Counted from the stretch's first letter, positions 9,708-20,857 are shown. The stretch: DNA of 64,000 nucleotides from an uncultured delta proteobacterium (GCA_963778115.1 CAVZSV010000004.1:1984001-2048000); one strand, 5' to 3'. Program-made: numbers and translations. The notes: generated by a model not told the origin, from the sequence alone.

Positions 9708-10616
9708 ATGAAACGCGTATTGGTGACGGGCGGGGCTGGGTTTATCGGATCCAATCTAGCGCTTCACCTGGAAACCCTCGGTATCGAAGTCGTCGTGGCC
9801 GACTACCAGCTCTCGACCGCCGAGACCTCTTTAAAGGGGTTTCGGGGACAGAAGATAGCGTTGGACGTCGCGACCGGTGTGGATATTTCAGGCCCTTTTG
9901 ATGTCGTCTTTCACCAAGCTGCCATTACCGATCCCAGACATTCTAACGATGCTGAGACTTACGACAAAAATACGGTAGGGTTTCGTCACATCACCCGCTT
10001 CTGCCAACAGAAAAAGGCTCGTCTGGTCTACGCTTCCACCGCGGGACTCTATGGCAACGGCCCCATTCCCATGCACGAAGACCAGCCCAAGGAGTGCATC
10101 ACCGTCTATGGCCGATCGAAACTCGCGATGGATGAACAGGCTCAGAAACTTTTCTCGGAAATGCCCATTGTAGGACTGCGCTATTTTAATGTCTTTGGCC
10201 CCCGCGAATCCCACAAAGGCAGACCCGCTTCGATGATCTATCACCTGTCGCGGCAGATCAAAAAAGGAGGGCCAGCCCGACTTTTTTCTTACGGCGAACA
10301 GGTAAGAGATTTTATCTATGTGAGAGATGTCGTCGAAGCTAATCTGCGTGCGATCGCTGCTCCCAGTGGGGTTTACAATGTGGGAACCGGAGTGGGAACG
10401 ACCTTTAATGAGTTGGTCATGGTATTGAACCGTGTGTTAGGTACGAACGCCGGGATCGAATATTTCCCGATGCCCTACGATCCTAAGACTTACCAAAGTA
10501 ATACTGTCGCCGATACCGAGCGAGCGAAGCAGAAGCTGGGGTTCACCGCCACGTGGGAACTAGAGCCGTCGGTCGCTGAGTATATGAAGTGGCTTGATGA
10601 GAATGAGGGCGGGTAG
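9708..10616 (+). CDS. hldD: ADP-L-glycero-D-manno-heptose 6-epimerase-like NAD-dependent epimerase
   Basis: TGGAGFIG, FHQAA, YGRSK, LRYFNVFGPRESHKG, RDFIYV. Confidence 0.8.
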   Translation: MKRVLVTGGAGFIGSNLALHLETLGIEVVVADYQLSTAETSLKGFRGQKIALDVATGVDISGPFDVVFHQAAITDPRHSNDAETYDKNTVGFRHITRFCQQKKARLVYASTAGLYGNGPIPMHEDQPKECITVYGRSKLAMDEQAQKLFSEMPIVGLRYFNVFGPRESHKGRPASMIYHLSRQIKKGGPARLFSYGEQVRDFIYVRDVVEANLRAIAAPSGVYNVGTGVGTTFNELVMVLNRVLGTNAGIEYFPMPYDPKTYQSNTVADTERAKQKLGFTATWELEPSVAEYMKWLDENEGG

Positions 10617-10640
10617 CAAGCTTATCCGAGTGGTACTTAT

Positions 10641-10699
10641 TTGAGTGGGATTGCGGAGCCTGTTGCGAGGCGAAGCCGCGGCAATCTCTGCTCAATGAC
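10641..10699. repeat. REP-like palindromic element between convergent genes
   Basis: TTGAGTGGGATTGC...GCAATCTCTGCTCAA hairpin containing TTGCGAGGCGAAGCCGCGGCAATCT and ending CAATGAC. Confidence 0.55.
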
Positions 10700-10729
10700 G
10701 GGTCTGTTCAAGTCCGTCGCAAAAAACTG

Positions 10730-11758
10730 TCACTTCTTCACCAGCTTTAGCGCTTTTGTCGGCTGACAAGGATCGAAATCCTTAGCTAACCTCAGATCCG
10801 TCTTGCCCTGGAAGTTCTTATTAAATGATTTAAAAATATTGGGATCAAACTTCCCAGGTTGCATCGCAAACATGGTATTTAGCGCTTCTACCGGCGGAAT
10901 CGCCTTGTGATAGGAACGATCCGTCGTGAGCGCGTCAAAAACGTCGGCTATCGATACGATCCGCGACAGCTTTGAAATCTCTTCTTCCTTGAGCCCTCTG
11001 GGATAGCCAGTTCCGTCAAAATTCTCGTGATGTTCAAAAACGACGAGCCGACAAGCATCAGGAATACTTGGAATCTCTTCCAAACAATCTTTCCCATAAC
11101 CGGGATGTTTTTTGATCTCTTCCCACTCACCCGGAGTAAGCGGAGAGTTTTTATTGATGATCGTATTGTCGATCCGACGCTTTCCAATGTCGTGGAGAAG
11201 CCCGCCAAGACCGGCGATTATTAGCATCTCTTTGCTGTCACCAAAAAAATGTTTCGCGAGTACGATCGAATAGACCGCGACATCCACGCAATGGTTATAC
11301 GTATAATAATCGTGAACCGAAAGCCGCATCAAAGTCGTAACGGCCGCAACGTCCGTAGAAACGAAAGTGACCATCTCTTCGACGAGCGAATTGGCTTCAC
11401 TGATCGCCGGAGCTACATTCTCTTTGGTGAAAAGGTCCTGAACATGAAGGAAAGCGGATTCCTTAATGAACTTCGCTTTCACTTCTGTGGTGGAACTGGG
11501 ATCCCGGATGATGTTTTTTAGCGATTGTAAGTACGGCGCTCTTTGCTCTTCGGGTACTAAAAATTGATCTCCTCCATGGTGATAAAGAAGCTTCATCCGA
11601 TCGGGAGTGATGACGTCTCCGCGTTTTCTAAACAGTACCGGTCGTTCCGCCACAAAGAGGTAGATATCAAAAGGAAGGGGAATTCCCGTCGCCACCGAAT
11701 TAATTCGAATTTGAAAGAAAGGAAGCTGTTTTCGAGAGTCTATTTTTTCCGCGAGCAT
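10730..11758 (-). CDS. HD-GYP domain cyclic-dinucleotide phosphodiesterase
   Basis: HDIGK, HHENFDGTGYP, ADVFDALTTDRSY; start placed at ATG 11758. Confidence 0.9.
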   Translation of the reverse strand: MLAEKIDSRKQLPFFQIRINSVATGIPLPFDIYLFVAERPVLFRKRGDVITPDRMKLLYHHGGDQFLVPEEQRAPYLQSLKNIIRDPSSTTEVKAKFIKESAFLHVQDLFTKENVAPAISEANSLVEEMVTFVSTDVAAVTTLMRLSVHDYYTYNHCVDVAVYSIVLAKHFFGDSKEMLIIAGLGGLLHDIGKRRIDNTIINKNSPLTPGEWEEIKKHPGYGKDCLEEIPSIPDACRLVVFEHHENFDGTGYPRGLKEEEISKLSRIVSIADVFDALTTDRSYHKAIPPVEALNTMFAMQPGKFDPNIFKSFNKNFQGKTDLRLAKDFDPCQPTKALKLVKK

Positions 11759-11801
11759 ACGATTAAAACTCCAAGTGGAAGCCAAATAGAAGATCACATC
11801 T

Positions 11802-11829
11802 CTATCGGCGTTCAAGGGTGCGGGGTTTA
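11802..11829 (-). promoter_or_regulatory. Putative sigma28 (FliA) promoter of the HD-GYP gene
   Basis: TAAA-N16-GCCGATAG; the -35 overlaps the rnj stop codon. Confidence 0.6.
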
Positions 11830-13479
11830 TACGTCTAGGACAAAGGCAATGATAAGGGGCTTATGGCTGACGCGCTTTTTGAAATAGCGCCTAAGTTCGA
11901 GACGCAGGTGGTCGATAAGCTCAGGGCTCTTTCGATGTTCTTCATAGATGTCTTCTAGCCTATCGACAGCTCCCAGACGAACGTTCTGCGGATCTTGACC
12001 CTTGCGAAATAACAGACCGTAATAAGAAAGCTCAGGATGGGCGATGAGCCTAAGCGACTTTTCGTCGCGAAGCAGCGTACAAAAGACGACCCCGGTCTTG
12101 GCCAATCCGGCTCGTTGCGAGAAGGTCTCGGAATCGCTCTGCAAAAGGTCACCTTCAATGATGGCGGTCTTCCTGAGATCGCGCTTTTCTCCCAAGACGA
12201 TCTGCTTTTTGTCTGCAACTAGCGACTGGCCGTCCTCGATCACTAAGATGTTCTCGGCGGGAATGCCCACCTGTTTGGCCAGCATGGCGTGCTTTTTTAA
12301 ATGCCGGTACTCCCCGTGGATGGGAACAAAGAATTGAGGCTTAACCGCCTTAAGCATGAGCACCAGTTCATCTTGAAACCCATGCCCCGATACGTGAATT
12401 TGATGCACGGCTTCATACATCACTTCGGCTCCCGCTCGGTAAAGCTGGTCTATCATCGCGGTGATATTACGCTCGTTTCCGGGAATAAACCGGCTGGACA
12501 AAATGACAAGATCTCCCTGGCGAATCTCAAACTCTTTATGATTGCCGTGCGCAATCCTTACCAAAGCCGAGCCCGGTTCTGCCTGACTGCCCGTGGCGAG
12601 GATGACGACGTCTTTGTCGGGGTATCTTTCCAAGTTATCCAGAAGAACCAAGGTGTCTTCTGGAATCTCCAAAGAACCTTGATCGTGCGCTAGCCTGGTA
12701 TAGGAGTGCATGCTTCTTCCGGCGAAGGCGACCTTCTTGCCTAGTGAGTGCGCCACCCTTAGGAAATTCTCGATACGACGAATGTTGGAAGCAAAAAGTG
12801 CAATAAGGATTCGGCCTGTCTGTTTGCGGAAAATATTTTCAAAGGAGCTAGTGATATCAATTTCAGAGATCGTATGGCCCACCCGCTCAGCGTTGGTGCT
12901 ATCGGACATGAGTAGCAGCACCCCTTTTTCCGCCCACTCTTCAAAGGCTCCCAAACCTATAGTCACTCCGGCGATCTCATTGGGATCATGCTTGAAATCT
13001 CCGGTGTGGACGATATTTCCTACGGGAGTTTCGATACCAAATGCCAAACTCTCGATGATGGAATGTTGAACCGGGATGGGATCGAAATGAAACGCCCCGA
13101 CCTTAAACCTCTTTCTTGGCTCTACTTTGTGGAAAGTCACTTTTTGCAGATCTCGGTACTCGGTAAGCTTAGCCTCGATGAGGCCCCGAGGAAACGCAGT
13201 GCAGTAAACGTCGAGCTTGGTCTCTTTCAATAGAAACGGAATGGCCCCGATATGGTCGTCATGGCCGTGGGTAATTACCACGCCGCGTAACTTATCCAAG
13301 CGTTCGCGGACATAGTCGAGATCCGGCACCAGAAGGTCGACACCAGTGTAGCTGGCGTCGGGAAATTGTATTCCGCAATCTATCAGGACCATGTCTTTGT
13401 CGGTCTCCAAGACCAGACAATTCATTCCAATCTCCCCTAAACCGCCCAAGGGGAGGATCTTCAATTTTGCTGAGGACAT
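11827..13479 (-). CDS. rnj: Ribonuclease J
   Basis: PLGGLGEIGMN, THGHDDHIG, HTGDFK, HVSGH, PIHGEYRH. Confidence 0.96.
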   Translation of the reverse strand: MSSAKLKILPLGGLGEIGMNCLVLETDKDMVLIDCGIQFPDASYTGVDLLVPDLDYVRERLDKLRGVVITHGHDDHIGAIPFLLKETKLDVYCTAFPRGLIEAKLTEYRDLQKVTFHKVEPRKRFKVGAFHFDPIPVQHSIIESLAFGIETPVGNIVHTGDFKHDPNEIAGVTIGLGAFEEWAEKGVLLLMSDSTNAERVGHTISEIDITSSFENIFRKQTGRILIALFASNIRRIENFLRVAHSLGKKVAFAGRSMHSYTRLAHDQGSLEIPEDTLVLLDNLERYPDKDVVILATGSQAEPGSALVRIAHGNHKEFEIRQGDLVILSSRFIPGNERNITAMIDQLYRAGAEVMYEAVHQIHVSGHGFQDELVLMLKAVKPQFFVPIHGEYRHLKKHAMLAKQVGIPAENILVIEDGQSLVADKKQIVLGEKRDLRKTAIIEGDLLQSDSETFSQRAGLAKTGVVFCTLLRDEKSLRLIAHPELSYYGLLFRKGQDPQNVRLGAVDRLEDIYEEHRKSPELIDHLRLELRRYFKKRVSHKPLIIAFVLDV

Positions 13480-13555
13480 CTCCCTATTTAACCGGTTGCT
13501 GGCCTCAATTCAAAGGTTCATTAGGGGGTCGGGCCGCTTTTAGGAAATGACTCGC

Positions 13556-13583
13556 TAATCCTTTTTTGGCGATGTGCCGATAT
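13556..13583 (+). promoter_or_regulatory. Putative sigma28 promoter of the LysM gene
   Basis: TAAT-N16-GCCGATAT. Confidence 0.45.
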
Positions 13584-13606
13584 TAGCACTGGAGAAGGGA
13601 ACTAGA

Positions 13607-15058
13607 GTGTTAACACGATATAGAAACTGGATATTACCGTCTTTATGTTTGGTAGTCGCCGTCAGCTTGATCGTAATCAACTCTTGCGCTCACTCAAAAG
13701 GTGCTGACGACGTTGATGAAGCGGAGGCCACCGCGGATCAGGGGGCTAACGCTTCCGCATCTCAGGATGCGGATACTAAGGACGGTACTGCCGCTGCAGA
13801 CGACAACGCTACGGCGGACACCGCAGGTGCGGCAAAAGACGCGCCTAAAGACGACGCGTTAGCCGAATTAGAGTCCACCGTAGGCGATCAGACCAAAAAC
13901 CAGAGCGCCGGTAATAGCGGAGTGGAAACCGACTCTAGTATGGATCATTCGGCGCCCTCGGATTCGCCATCTGCCGGTCCCGACACTGCCGCCGCCACAA
14001 GTCCTGAAACGGCCCCAGCCGGAACCGACACAGCCAATAACGAGGTTAAGCCCGATGCCGACATCACGGCAGAGGCAAAGCCCGATGCTTCCGCTAGTAC
14101 CCCTCCCGAAACGACCACTGCCGCGACTGTCTCTAAACTAAACGACGACAAGACCACGGCGGACACGTCGAGTTCGGGTGCAGAAATTTCTGAAGGAACA
14201 CCGGTAATCGCCGAGCCAGAAAAGCCAACGGCTCCCGAAGCTCCCGTAGCCGAAAAACCGTCCAAAGTCGTCGTCGTGCACGAGACTCATGCCCCGCACA
14301 TTCCCGGACGCGCGCTTTCTCGAAACGGAGTTCGCCTCAATCGATTTTACTTTGTACGTAAAGGGGATACGACGAAATCCGTATCCTCGCTACTTTACGG
14401 AACGCCCAGCCGGGCCGCCGAGTTATCGAAATGGAATGCCGGCAAATGGGCTCCTGGAAAATTGGTCTATTACCAATCTCCAAGCGATCCCAAGGATCGT
14501 AAGATGCGTTCCTTCTATCAAGAACGCTCGGTACCAGTTGAAGAATATACCACCAAAGCCAGCGACACCCTGTTTTCCATCGCAAAGAAAAAACTAGGGT
14601 CGCGAAGCAGCTGGAAAGAGATCGCGGTGGTTAACGGTTTGGATCTTCCGGAAAGTCTAGAAAAAGGACAAAAGTTAGCCCTGTATCCTTCCAATTTACG
14701 TCAGTACTCAAATCCGGGTAGCGGCGGCAATGAAAACACCACTGAACCACCTGCTCAGTCGCAACCTTTAGCTAAGCAGCCCGTAACGCCACCCCCCCAA
14801 CAGATTCAGCAAACGAATGAACAGCCCGCACCACCTCCCGAAGTGGCTCCTCCGGTGGAGACCAAACCCGTGAAGAACCCTGGCGGGTTTGATATCGCCA
14901 AGATGGTCGAACAAAACCTGTTTGCTTTTGGAATTGGTGGAATGGTCTTCATCTGTTTGGTGCTCCTGATGGTGCTGAACCGAAAATCGAAGTCCAGTAA
15001 TCGGGAAGAATTTGCCGACGACGGCTTCTCCTCTTCGCCCAAAGCCCGCAGAAAATAA
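13607..15058 (+). CDS. LysM-domain envelope protein with lipobox-like N-terminus and C-terminal TM helix
   Basis: Hydrophobic leader ending INSC; acidic low-complexity linker; two LysM-like repeats (YFVRKGDT..., YTTKASDTLFSIA...WKEIAVVN); C-terminal TM plus basic tail. Confidence 0.75.
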   Translation: MLTRYRNWILPSLCLVVAVSLIVINSCAHSKGADDVDEAEATADQGANASASQDADTKDGTAAADDNATADTAGAAKDAPKDDALAELESTVGDQTKNQSAGNSGVETDSSMDHSAPSDSPSAGPDTAAATSPETAPAGTDTANNEVKPDADITAEAKPDASASTPPETTTAATVSKLNDDKTTADTSSSGAEISEGTPVIAEPEKPTAPEAPVAEKPSKVVVVHETHAPHIPGRALSRNGVRLNRFYFVRKGDTTKSVSSLLYGTPSRAAELSKWNAGKWAPGKLVYYQSPSDPKDRKMRSFYQERSVPVEEYTTKASDTLFSIAKKKLGSRSSWKEIAVVNGLDLPESLEKGQKLALYPSNLRQYSNPGSGGNENTTEPPAQSQPLAKQPVTPPPQQIQQTNEQPAPPPEVAPPVETKPVKNPGGFDIAKMVEQNLFAFGIGGMVFICLVLLMVLNRKSKSSNREEFADDGFSSSPKARRK

Positions 15059-15202
15059 GGCGTTATTTCTCTAATGCCCTGAGTCCTGCTCCTTGTGGGC
15101 GGCCTCGTCCGACTCCTCGTCCCTGTTTGACATTTCAATTTCCTTTGAGCATCGTGTAGAGTTTGTTACTAGACGATTAACTAAAGGAATAGGACGACGC
15201 CT

Positions 15203-16372
15203 ATGTTTCTGAAAAATTGCCTCTTCACCTCCGAATCGGTCACCGAAGGTCATCCCGACAAAGTAGCGGATCAAATTTCCGATGCGGTATTAGATGCGGT
15301 TCTAGCGCAAGACCCCAGAGGTCGGGTCGCTTGCGAGACTCTGGTAACCACGGGTTTGGCAGTCATTAGCGGTGAAATCACGACGACCGCGGTTATCGAT
15401 GCCACCGATATCGCCCGCAACACCATTAAACGAATTGGGTATGCCGGCGATGAGATGGGCTTCGATTATAAGACTTGTGCGGTGGTCACGGCGATTGGAC
15501 GGCAGTCCCCGGATATCTCATTAGGTGTGACCGAAGGCCAAGGGCTCTTTAAGGAACAAGGAGCCGGCGATCAAGGCGCCATGTTCGGGTTTGCCTGCAA
15601 CGAGACTCCGGAATACATGCCGGCGTCTTTGGCGTTTTCTCATCGGCTGACGCGGCGTTTGGCCGAATGCCGCAAAGAAGGAATTTTGGGATTTCTAAGA
15701 CCTGATGGTAAAGCGCAAGTCACTGTTCAATATGAGAACGGCGAATTGAAACGCGTGGAAGCGGTGGTAGTTTCTACCCAACATAGTCCTGAGGTATCTT
15801 ACGAGGAGTTAAAGACGGCGGTCATGGAAGAGGTCGTTCAAAAAGCGGTACCCGCAAAATTATTAGACGCTAAAACCAAGTATTACATCAACCCCACCGG
15901 CCGATTTGTGGTTGGAGGCCCCATGGGTGATTGCGGTCTTACCGGCAGAAAGATCATTGTAGACACTTACGGCGGTCACGGCGCTCACGGCGGCGGAGCC
16001 TTTTCGGGAAAAGATCCCTCTAAAGTTGACCGATCGGCCTCGTACATGGCTCGTTACATCGCTAAGAATATCGTGGCGGCAGGCCTCGCCAAACGTTGTC
16101 TCGTACAGCTTGCCTACGCCATCGGAGTTGCCGAACCTGTTTCCGTTATGATCGACGACTACCAAACAGGCTCAGTGCCCGAGCAGAAGTTGGTCGCGGC
16201 GGTTCGGGAGATATTCGGCCTCAAACCCGCTGATATCACCAAGTCACTCGATCTCATGCGCCCGATCTACGAAGAGACAGCCGCTTATGGCCACTTCGGT
16301 AGAACTTCGGCAAAGGGTTTTACTTGGGAAAAGCTAGATCGCGTTGAAGATCTCAAAGCTCTAATAAAATAA
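15203..16372 (+). CDS. metK: S-adenosylmethionine synthetase
   Basis: [33 protein letters not shown]. Confidence 0.98.
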   Translation: MFLKNCLFTSESVTEGHPDKVADQISDAVLDAVLAQDPRGRVACETLVTTGLAVISGEITTTAVIDATDIARNTIKRIGYAGDEMGFDYKTCAVVTAIGRQSPDISLGVTEGQGLFKEQGAGDQGAMFGFACNETPEYMPASLAFSHRLTRRLAECRKEGILGFLRPDGKAQVTVQYENGELKRVEAVVVSTQHSPEVSYEELKTAVMEEVVQKAVPAKLLDAKTKYYINPTGRFVVGGPMGDCGLTGRKIIVDTYGGHGAHGGGAFSGKDPSKVDRSASYMARYIAKNIVAAGLAKRCLVQLAYAIGVAEPVSVMIDDYQTGSVPEQKLVAAVREIFGLKPADITKSLDLMRPIYEETAAYGHFGRTSAKGFTWEKLDRVEDLKALIK

Positions 16373-16402
16373 AAGTCGAGGACCTCTTTGACCGGCTGAA
16401 TA

Positions 16403-16462
16403 GAAACGGCGGACAGTTACCCAACGCCTCCCAACGTTGAATCACCATCCGCCGTATCTTTT
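16403..16462 (+). terminator. Possible terminator after metK
   Basis: ACGGCGGA...TCCGCCGT stem with a large loop followed by ATCTTTTT. Confidence 0.35.
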
Positions 16463-16479
16463 TCGGGACAGAGAGTCGT

Positions 16480-16671
16480 TTAGTTTTGATTCTTGAGAGC
16501 CTCGTCTGCATCTTTGAACTTGATGCGACGAGTGGTGTCCGGTTGCCCGCTCACCTCTTCGTCACATTCGATTTCCACGTCAAAGAGCAGTTCGTCACAG
16601 TGTAAGCAGACCAGCTTGTTGTTCATGACGAACGATGATTTTTGTTTGGCGCAAACGCCACACTTAATCAT
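16480..16671 (-). CDS. Small putative zinc-ribbon protein
   Basis: CGVC...CLHC; strong GGAGGT RBS; acidic C-terminal half. Confidence 0.65.
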   Translation of the reverse strand: MIKCGVCAKQKSSFVMNNKLVCLHCDELLFDVEIECDEEVSGQPDTTRRIKFKDADEALKNQN

Positions 16672-16861
16672 TGTGATACCTCCCCACCAAGTTAGATCTT
16701 TCTAGACCATTTAAGGCCAGACCATTTAAGGAATGATGAAGCGTCATCCAGGAGCTCAACTAATCCCAGTTTACTGGATAATGACACGACGAATCAATAG
16801 AAAAGTGACAGGATTACAAGTATTTGACGCATTCTCGTAGAATACACCAAAGCCGCTAGCC

Positions 16862-19285
16862 TTAGTGGGTAACCGTCGCCTCGTCCGATTTTGCTACCTC
16901 GGGAGGAACTTCAACCGCCGGCTTGGGTGATTCGGGCGGCGGCTGCACGAAGACTTCGTCCGTAAGAAGCGCGTGGCGCAGGACCTGATCCACGTGAGTG
17001 ACTTCGACGATCTGAATCCCCTTTAGGATGTTTTTGGGGACATCTTTGAGATCTTTTACGTTCTCTTTGGGGATAATGATTTTCTTAATACCACCCCGAT
17101 GGGCTGCAAAGATTTTCTCTTTGAGTCCCCCGATGGGAAGGACATTGCCTCGAAGAGTAATTTCACCCGTCATGGCGACATCTTTACTCACCGGTTTTAG
17201 GGTAAGTGCACTTACCAAAGCCGTCGCCATGGTAATTCCGGCCGAAGGTCCATCTTTGGGTATGGCCCCTTCGGGTACATGAATGTGAAGATCAATTTTC
17301 TGATAGAAGTCCGGAGCAAGTCCCAAGAGCTTTGCGCGAGATCGCACATAGCTCATGGCTGCTTGAGCAGACTCCTGCATCACATCTCCCAATTTACCAG
17401 TTACCATGAGCTTTCCAGCACCCGGCATCTGAGCGACTTCGATAGTAAGCATGTCGCCACCGGTTTCCGTAAAAGCTAGACCGTTACAGAGCCCGATTTC
17501 GGAATTCTCTTCGGATTTTTGGAAGCGATATTTATGCGGTCCCAAGATCTCAATCAGCTTCTTGGAATTGACCACCACCTTTTCCTTCTTGGAGGCCTTT
17601 TTCACCATCTGGCGCGTCGTTTTTCGACAAACGCTAGCTATCTCTCGCTCCAAGTTTCGGACTCCAGCTTCTTTAGTATAGTGCCGGATAAGATCTTCTA
17701 CTGAAGGCGCGGGAATAGCGATCTTCTCGTCATCTAGGCCATGCCGTAAGATCTGTTTGGGAATAAGATGCCGGTTGGCGATCTGTACCTTTTCTTCTTC
17801 CGTGTAGCCCGACAGATTAATGACTTCCAGACGATCTAGTAGCGGCCATGGTATCGAGTGCTGCGAGTTGGCCGTGGTAATAAACATGACATTGGAGAGG
17901 TCATACTCGACTTCCAAGTAATGATCGGAAAAATACTTATTCTGTTCCGGATCGAGCACTTCAAGCAGCGCACTACTGGGGTCGCCCCTAAAGTCAGTGC
18001 TCATCTTGTCGATCTCGTCCAACAAAACCACCGGATTGATGGTCTCGGCCTTTTTCATGGCCTGGATAAGCTTTCCGGGCAAGGCACCAATATACGTACG
18101 TCGGTGGCCACGTATTTCAGCTTCATCTCTGACTCCGCCCAAAGAGATCTTCACGAACTGACGTCCAATGGATCGAGCGATGGATCGGGCAAGTGAGGTC
18201 TTACCGACACCGGGAGGTCCGACCAAACACAGGATCGGTCCCTGCATCTTTTCCACCAAACTTTGAACCGCAAGATGCTCTAAGATGCGCTCTTTTACCG
18301 TCTTTAAGCCGTAATGGTCCTGATCGAGAACCTTCTCGGCCTGATCCACGTCGATCTTATCCTCGGTCTTTTCACTCCAGGGAATACTGATCATCCAGTC
18401 CAAGTAATTGCGAACCACAGTGGCTTCGGCAGACATCGGAGACATCATCTTCAGCTTTTTCAACTCGGCGCGCGCCTTTTTCCCAGCCTCTTCCGGCATG
18501 TTTTTGCGCTTAATCGCCTTTTCTAATTCAAAAATCTCGTTCTTAAACTCATCCCGCTCGCCCAGCTCCTTCTGGATGGCCTGCATTTGCTCATTAAGGT
18601 AGTACTCCTTCTGTGAGCGCTCCATTTGCTTTTTAACTCGGCTTCGAATCTTCTTCTCGACTTGAAGAATCTCAATCTCTCCTTCAATCAAGCCGAATAG
18701 ACGCTCCAACCGCTTGCACGAGTCGACGATTTCAAGCAGCTTCTGCTTCTCCTCTACCTTGATATTGAGGTGAGGAATGATGGAATCCGCTAACTTTCCG
18801 GGCTCTTCGATCGAAAGTACCGACATCAGAAGTTCCGGTGGAATCCGTTTGTTCAGTTTTACGTAGGATTCGAAGGTGGCTTTAATACTCCTTAAGAAAG
18901 CCTCGGCCTCGACAGTGGAGCTGACGTATTCTTCCAAGATTTCAGCTTCGACCCGGAAGATATTGTCCTTTTCTAAATATTTGTGAATTTTGACGCGCTC
19001 GATTCCTTCCACGAGTACTTTAAGCGTCCCATCGGGAAGTCGAAGTAGGCGTCCGATCTTGGCCAACGTACCGATAGTAAAGATGTCCTTATCATCGGGA
19101 TTGTTGTTCTGCGCCTTCTTTTGCGCTGCCAAAACGATCTGCTCGCTCGTCGCCATCGCTTCTTCAAGAGCGCGGATCGATTTTTCTCGCCCTACAAATA
19201 AGGGGACTACCATATATGGGAATACAATGATGTCCCGTAACGGTAAAAGAGAGTAGACCTGAGCCGGTTCCGATTTTCTATTCAT
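16862..19285 (-). CDS. lon: ATP-dependent protease La
   Basis: [26 protein letters not shown]. Confidence 0.98.
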   Translation of the reverse strand: MNRKSEPAQVYSLLPLRDIIVFPYMVVPLFVGREKSIRALEEAMATSEQIVLAAQKKAQNNNPDDKDIFTIGTLAKIGRLLRLPDGTLKVLVEGIERVKIHKYLEKDNIFRVEAEILEEYVSSTVEAEAFLRSIKATFESYVKLNKRIPPELLMSVLSIEEPGKLADSIIPHLNIKVEEKQKLLEIVDSCKRLERLFGLIEGEIEILQVEKKIRSRVKKQMERSQKEYYLNEQMQAIQKELGERDEFKNEIFELEKAIKRKNMPEEAGKKARAELKKLKMMSPMSAEATVVRNYLDWMISIPWSEKTEDKIDVDQAEKVLDQDHYGLKTVKERILEHLAVQSLVEKMQGPILCLVGPPGVGKTSLARSIARSIGRQFVKISLGGVRDEAEIRGHRRTYIGALPGKLIQAMKKAETINPVVLLDEIDKMSTDFRGDPSSALLEVLDPEQNKYFSDHYLEVEYDLSNVMFITTANSQHSIPWPLLDRLEVINLSGYTEEEKVQIANRHLIPKQILRHGLDDEKIAIPAPSVEDLIRHYTKEAGVRNLEREIASVCRKTTRQMVKKASKKEKVVVNSKKLIEILGPHKYRFQKSEENSEIGLCNGLAFTETGGDMLTIEVAQMPGAGKLMVTGKLGDVMQESAQAAMSYVRSRAKLLGLAPDFYQKIDLHIHVPEGAIPKDGPSAGITMATALVSALTLKPVSKDVAMTGEITLRGNVLPIGGLKEKIFAAHRGGIKKIIIPKENVKDLKDVPKNILKGIQIVEVTHVDQVLRHALLTDEVFVQPPPESPKPAVEVPPEVAKSDEATVTH

Positions 19286-19508
19286 AGAATCGCGACCACC
19301 TTGTTGTAGGGTTGCACCGGACTGCTGGAACGGGTCGATCCCGGGGAGGGAACTTCCCAAGAAATTAGAGAATCTTTACGACTCTCCTAAATATTATATA
19401 ACCATTTGTCGCACGGGCCACTACGGAAAACGGGATTGCGTTCACATTCGATAATGCTCCGAGCCTTGGCAACCGACGAGACAGTTGGTCCATTTCGAAA
19501 AAATTCGC

Positions 19509-19539
19509 AAAAAAAAAGCCCTGGAGTTTCCTCCAGGGC
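19509..19539 (-). terminator. Intrinsic terminator after clpX
   Basis: GCCCTGGAG-GAAA-CTCCAGGGC followed by T9 on the minus strand. Confidence 0.85.
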
Positions 19540-19555
19540 CCCTTCTTAAGCTTTT

Positions 19556-20857
19556 TTAAGCGGATTCTACCTTCTTACCGAAATTACTTCCGGCTGCCGC
19601 TTGCTCTTCCGCCGTCGCGTATACCAACTCAGGCTTAGCGTTTTTCAAGATGACTTCGTCGTTCACATTGCACTCTTTGAGGTTTGGAATCGACGGTAAC
19701 TCATACATGATGTCGAGCATGGAATGCTCGAGGATGGCTCTTAAGCCGCGAGCTCCGGTTTTGGTCTTAAGCGCTTCGCGGGCGATAGTCTTTAAAGCGC
19801 TCTCTTTGAAATTGAGCTTCACGTTTTCATATTCGAAGAGCTTTTGGTATTGCTTAATGATGGCGTTTTTCGGTTCGGTGAGAATCCGGACAAGCGCGTT
19901 TTCATCAAGTTCATCCAAAGTCGCCGTTACCGGCAATCGACCTACAAATTCGGGAATCATTCCAAATCGCAGTAAGTCTTCCGGACGGATGGAGTGCAGC
20001 GGATTTTCTTTCGAACGCTCTTGATCCGACCGTACTTCCGCTCCAATTCCCATGCTCCGCTTGTGGCTTCGGGCTTCGATAATCTTATCAAGGCCTACGA
20101 AAGCTCCACCGCAGATAAAAAGAATATTGGTGGTATCGATCTGTAGAAACTCCTGCTGCGGATGTTTTCTTCCTCCTTTGGGAGGAACATTCGCCCGAGT
20201 CCCTTCGAATATCTTTAAAAGTGCCTGCTGAACTCCTTCACCCGAAACGTCCCGAGTAATGGAAGGGTTCTCGCCTTTACGGGCAATCTTGTCGATCTCG
20301 TCGATGTAGACAATGCCCTTTTGGGTCTTTTCGATGTCGTAATCCGCGTTTTGTAACAGATAAAGGATGATATTTTCGACGTCTTCCCCCACATAACCGG
20401 CTTCGGTTAACGTCGTCGCGTCTACGATGGTAAAGGGTACTTTTAACAATCGCGCTAAGGTCTGAGCGAGAAGCGTCTTACCACTTCCGGTCGGACCGAT
20501 GAGCATAATGTTGCTCTTTTGCAGCTCGACTTCACTAGAAACGTGGCCGGCCATCTTGCTATAAATTCGCTTATAGTGGTTATGCACCGCAACAGACAGC
20601 GTCTTTTTCGCGTGATCCTGGCCAATGACGTAATCATCCAATACCGTTTTGATCTCTGACGGCTTTGGAATCTTCGTCACTCCAGTGCGAAGATCCTCCT
20701 TTTCCGCCTCCTCCGCGATGATGTCGTTGCAAAGTTCGATACACTCATCACAAATGTGTACGGTAGGACCGGCGATGAGCTTTTTCACTTCTCGCTGGCT
20801 CTTTCCGCAGAAGCTACAAACTAAATTTCCAAAACTATCGCTGTCTCTTCGACTCAT
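19556..20857 (-). CDS. clpX: Clp protease ATP-binding subunit ClpX
   Basis: CSFC...CDEC zinc finger, [18 protein letters not shown]. Confidence 0.98.
   Translation of the reverse strand: MSRRDSDSFGNLVCSFCGKSQREVKKLIAGPTVHICDECIELCNDIIAEEAEKEDLRTGVTKIPKPSEIKTVLDDYVIGQDHAKKTLSVAVHNHYKRIYSKMAGHVSSEVELQKSNIMLIGPTGSGKTLLAQTLARLLKVPFTIVDATTLTEAGYVGEDVENIILYLLQNADYDIEKTQKGIVYIDEIDKIARKGENPSITRDVSGEGVQQALLKIFEGTRANVPPKGGRKHPQQEFLQIDTTNILFICGGAFVGLDKIIEARSHKRSMGIGAEVRSDQERSKENPLHSIRPEDLLRFGMIPEFVGRLPVTATLDELDENALVRILTEPKNAIIKQYQKLFEYENVKLNFKESALKTIAREALKTKTGARGLRAILEHSMLDIMYELPSIPNLKECNVNDEVILKNAKPELVYATAEEQAAAGSNFGKKVESA

Noticed and set aside
13583..13613. CIRCE (HrcA) element TTAGCACTG...GAGTGTTAA
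   Set aside because: Spacer is 13 nt rather than 9, both arms mismatch, and the gene is not a chaperone
15059..15202. SAM riboswitch upstream of metK
   Set aside because: No SAM-I/II core motifs recognisable
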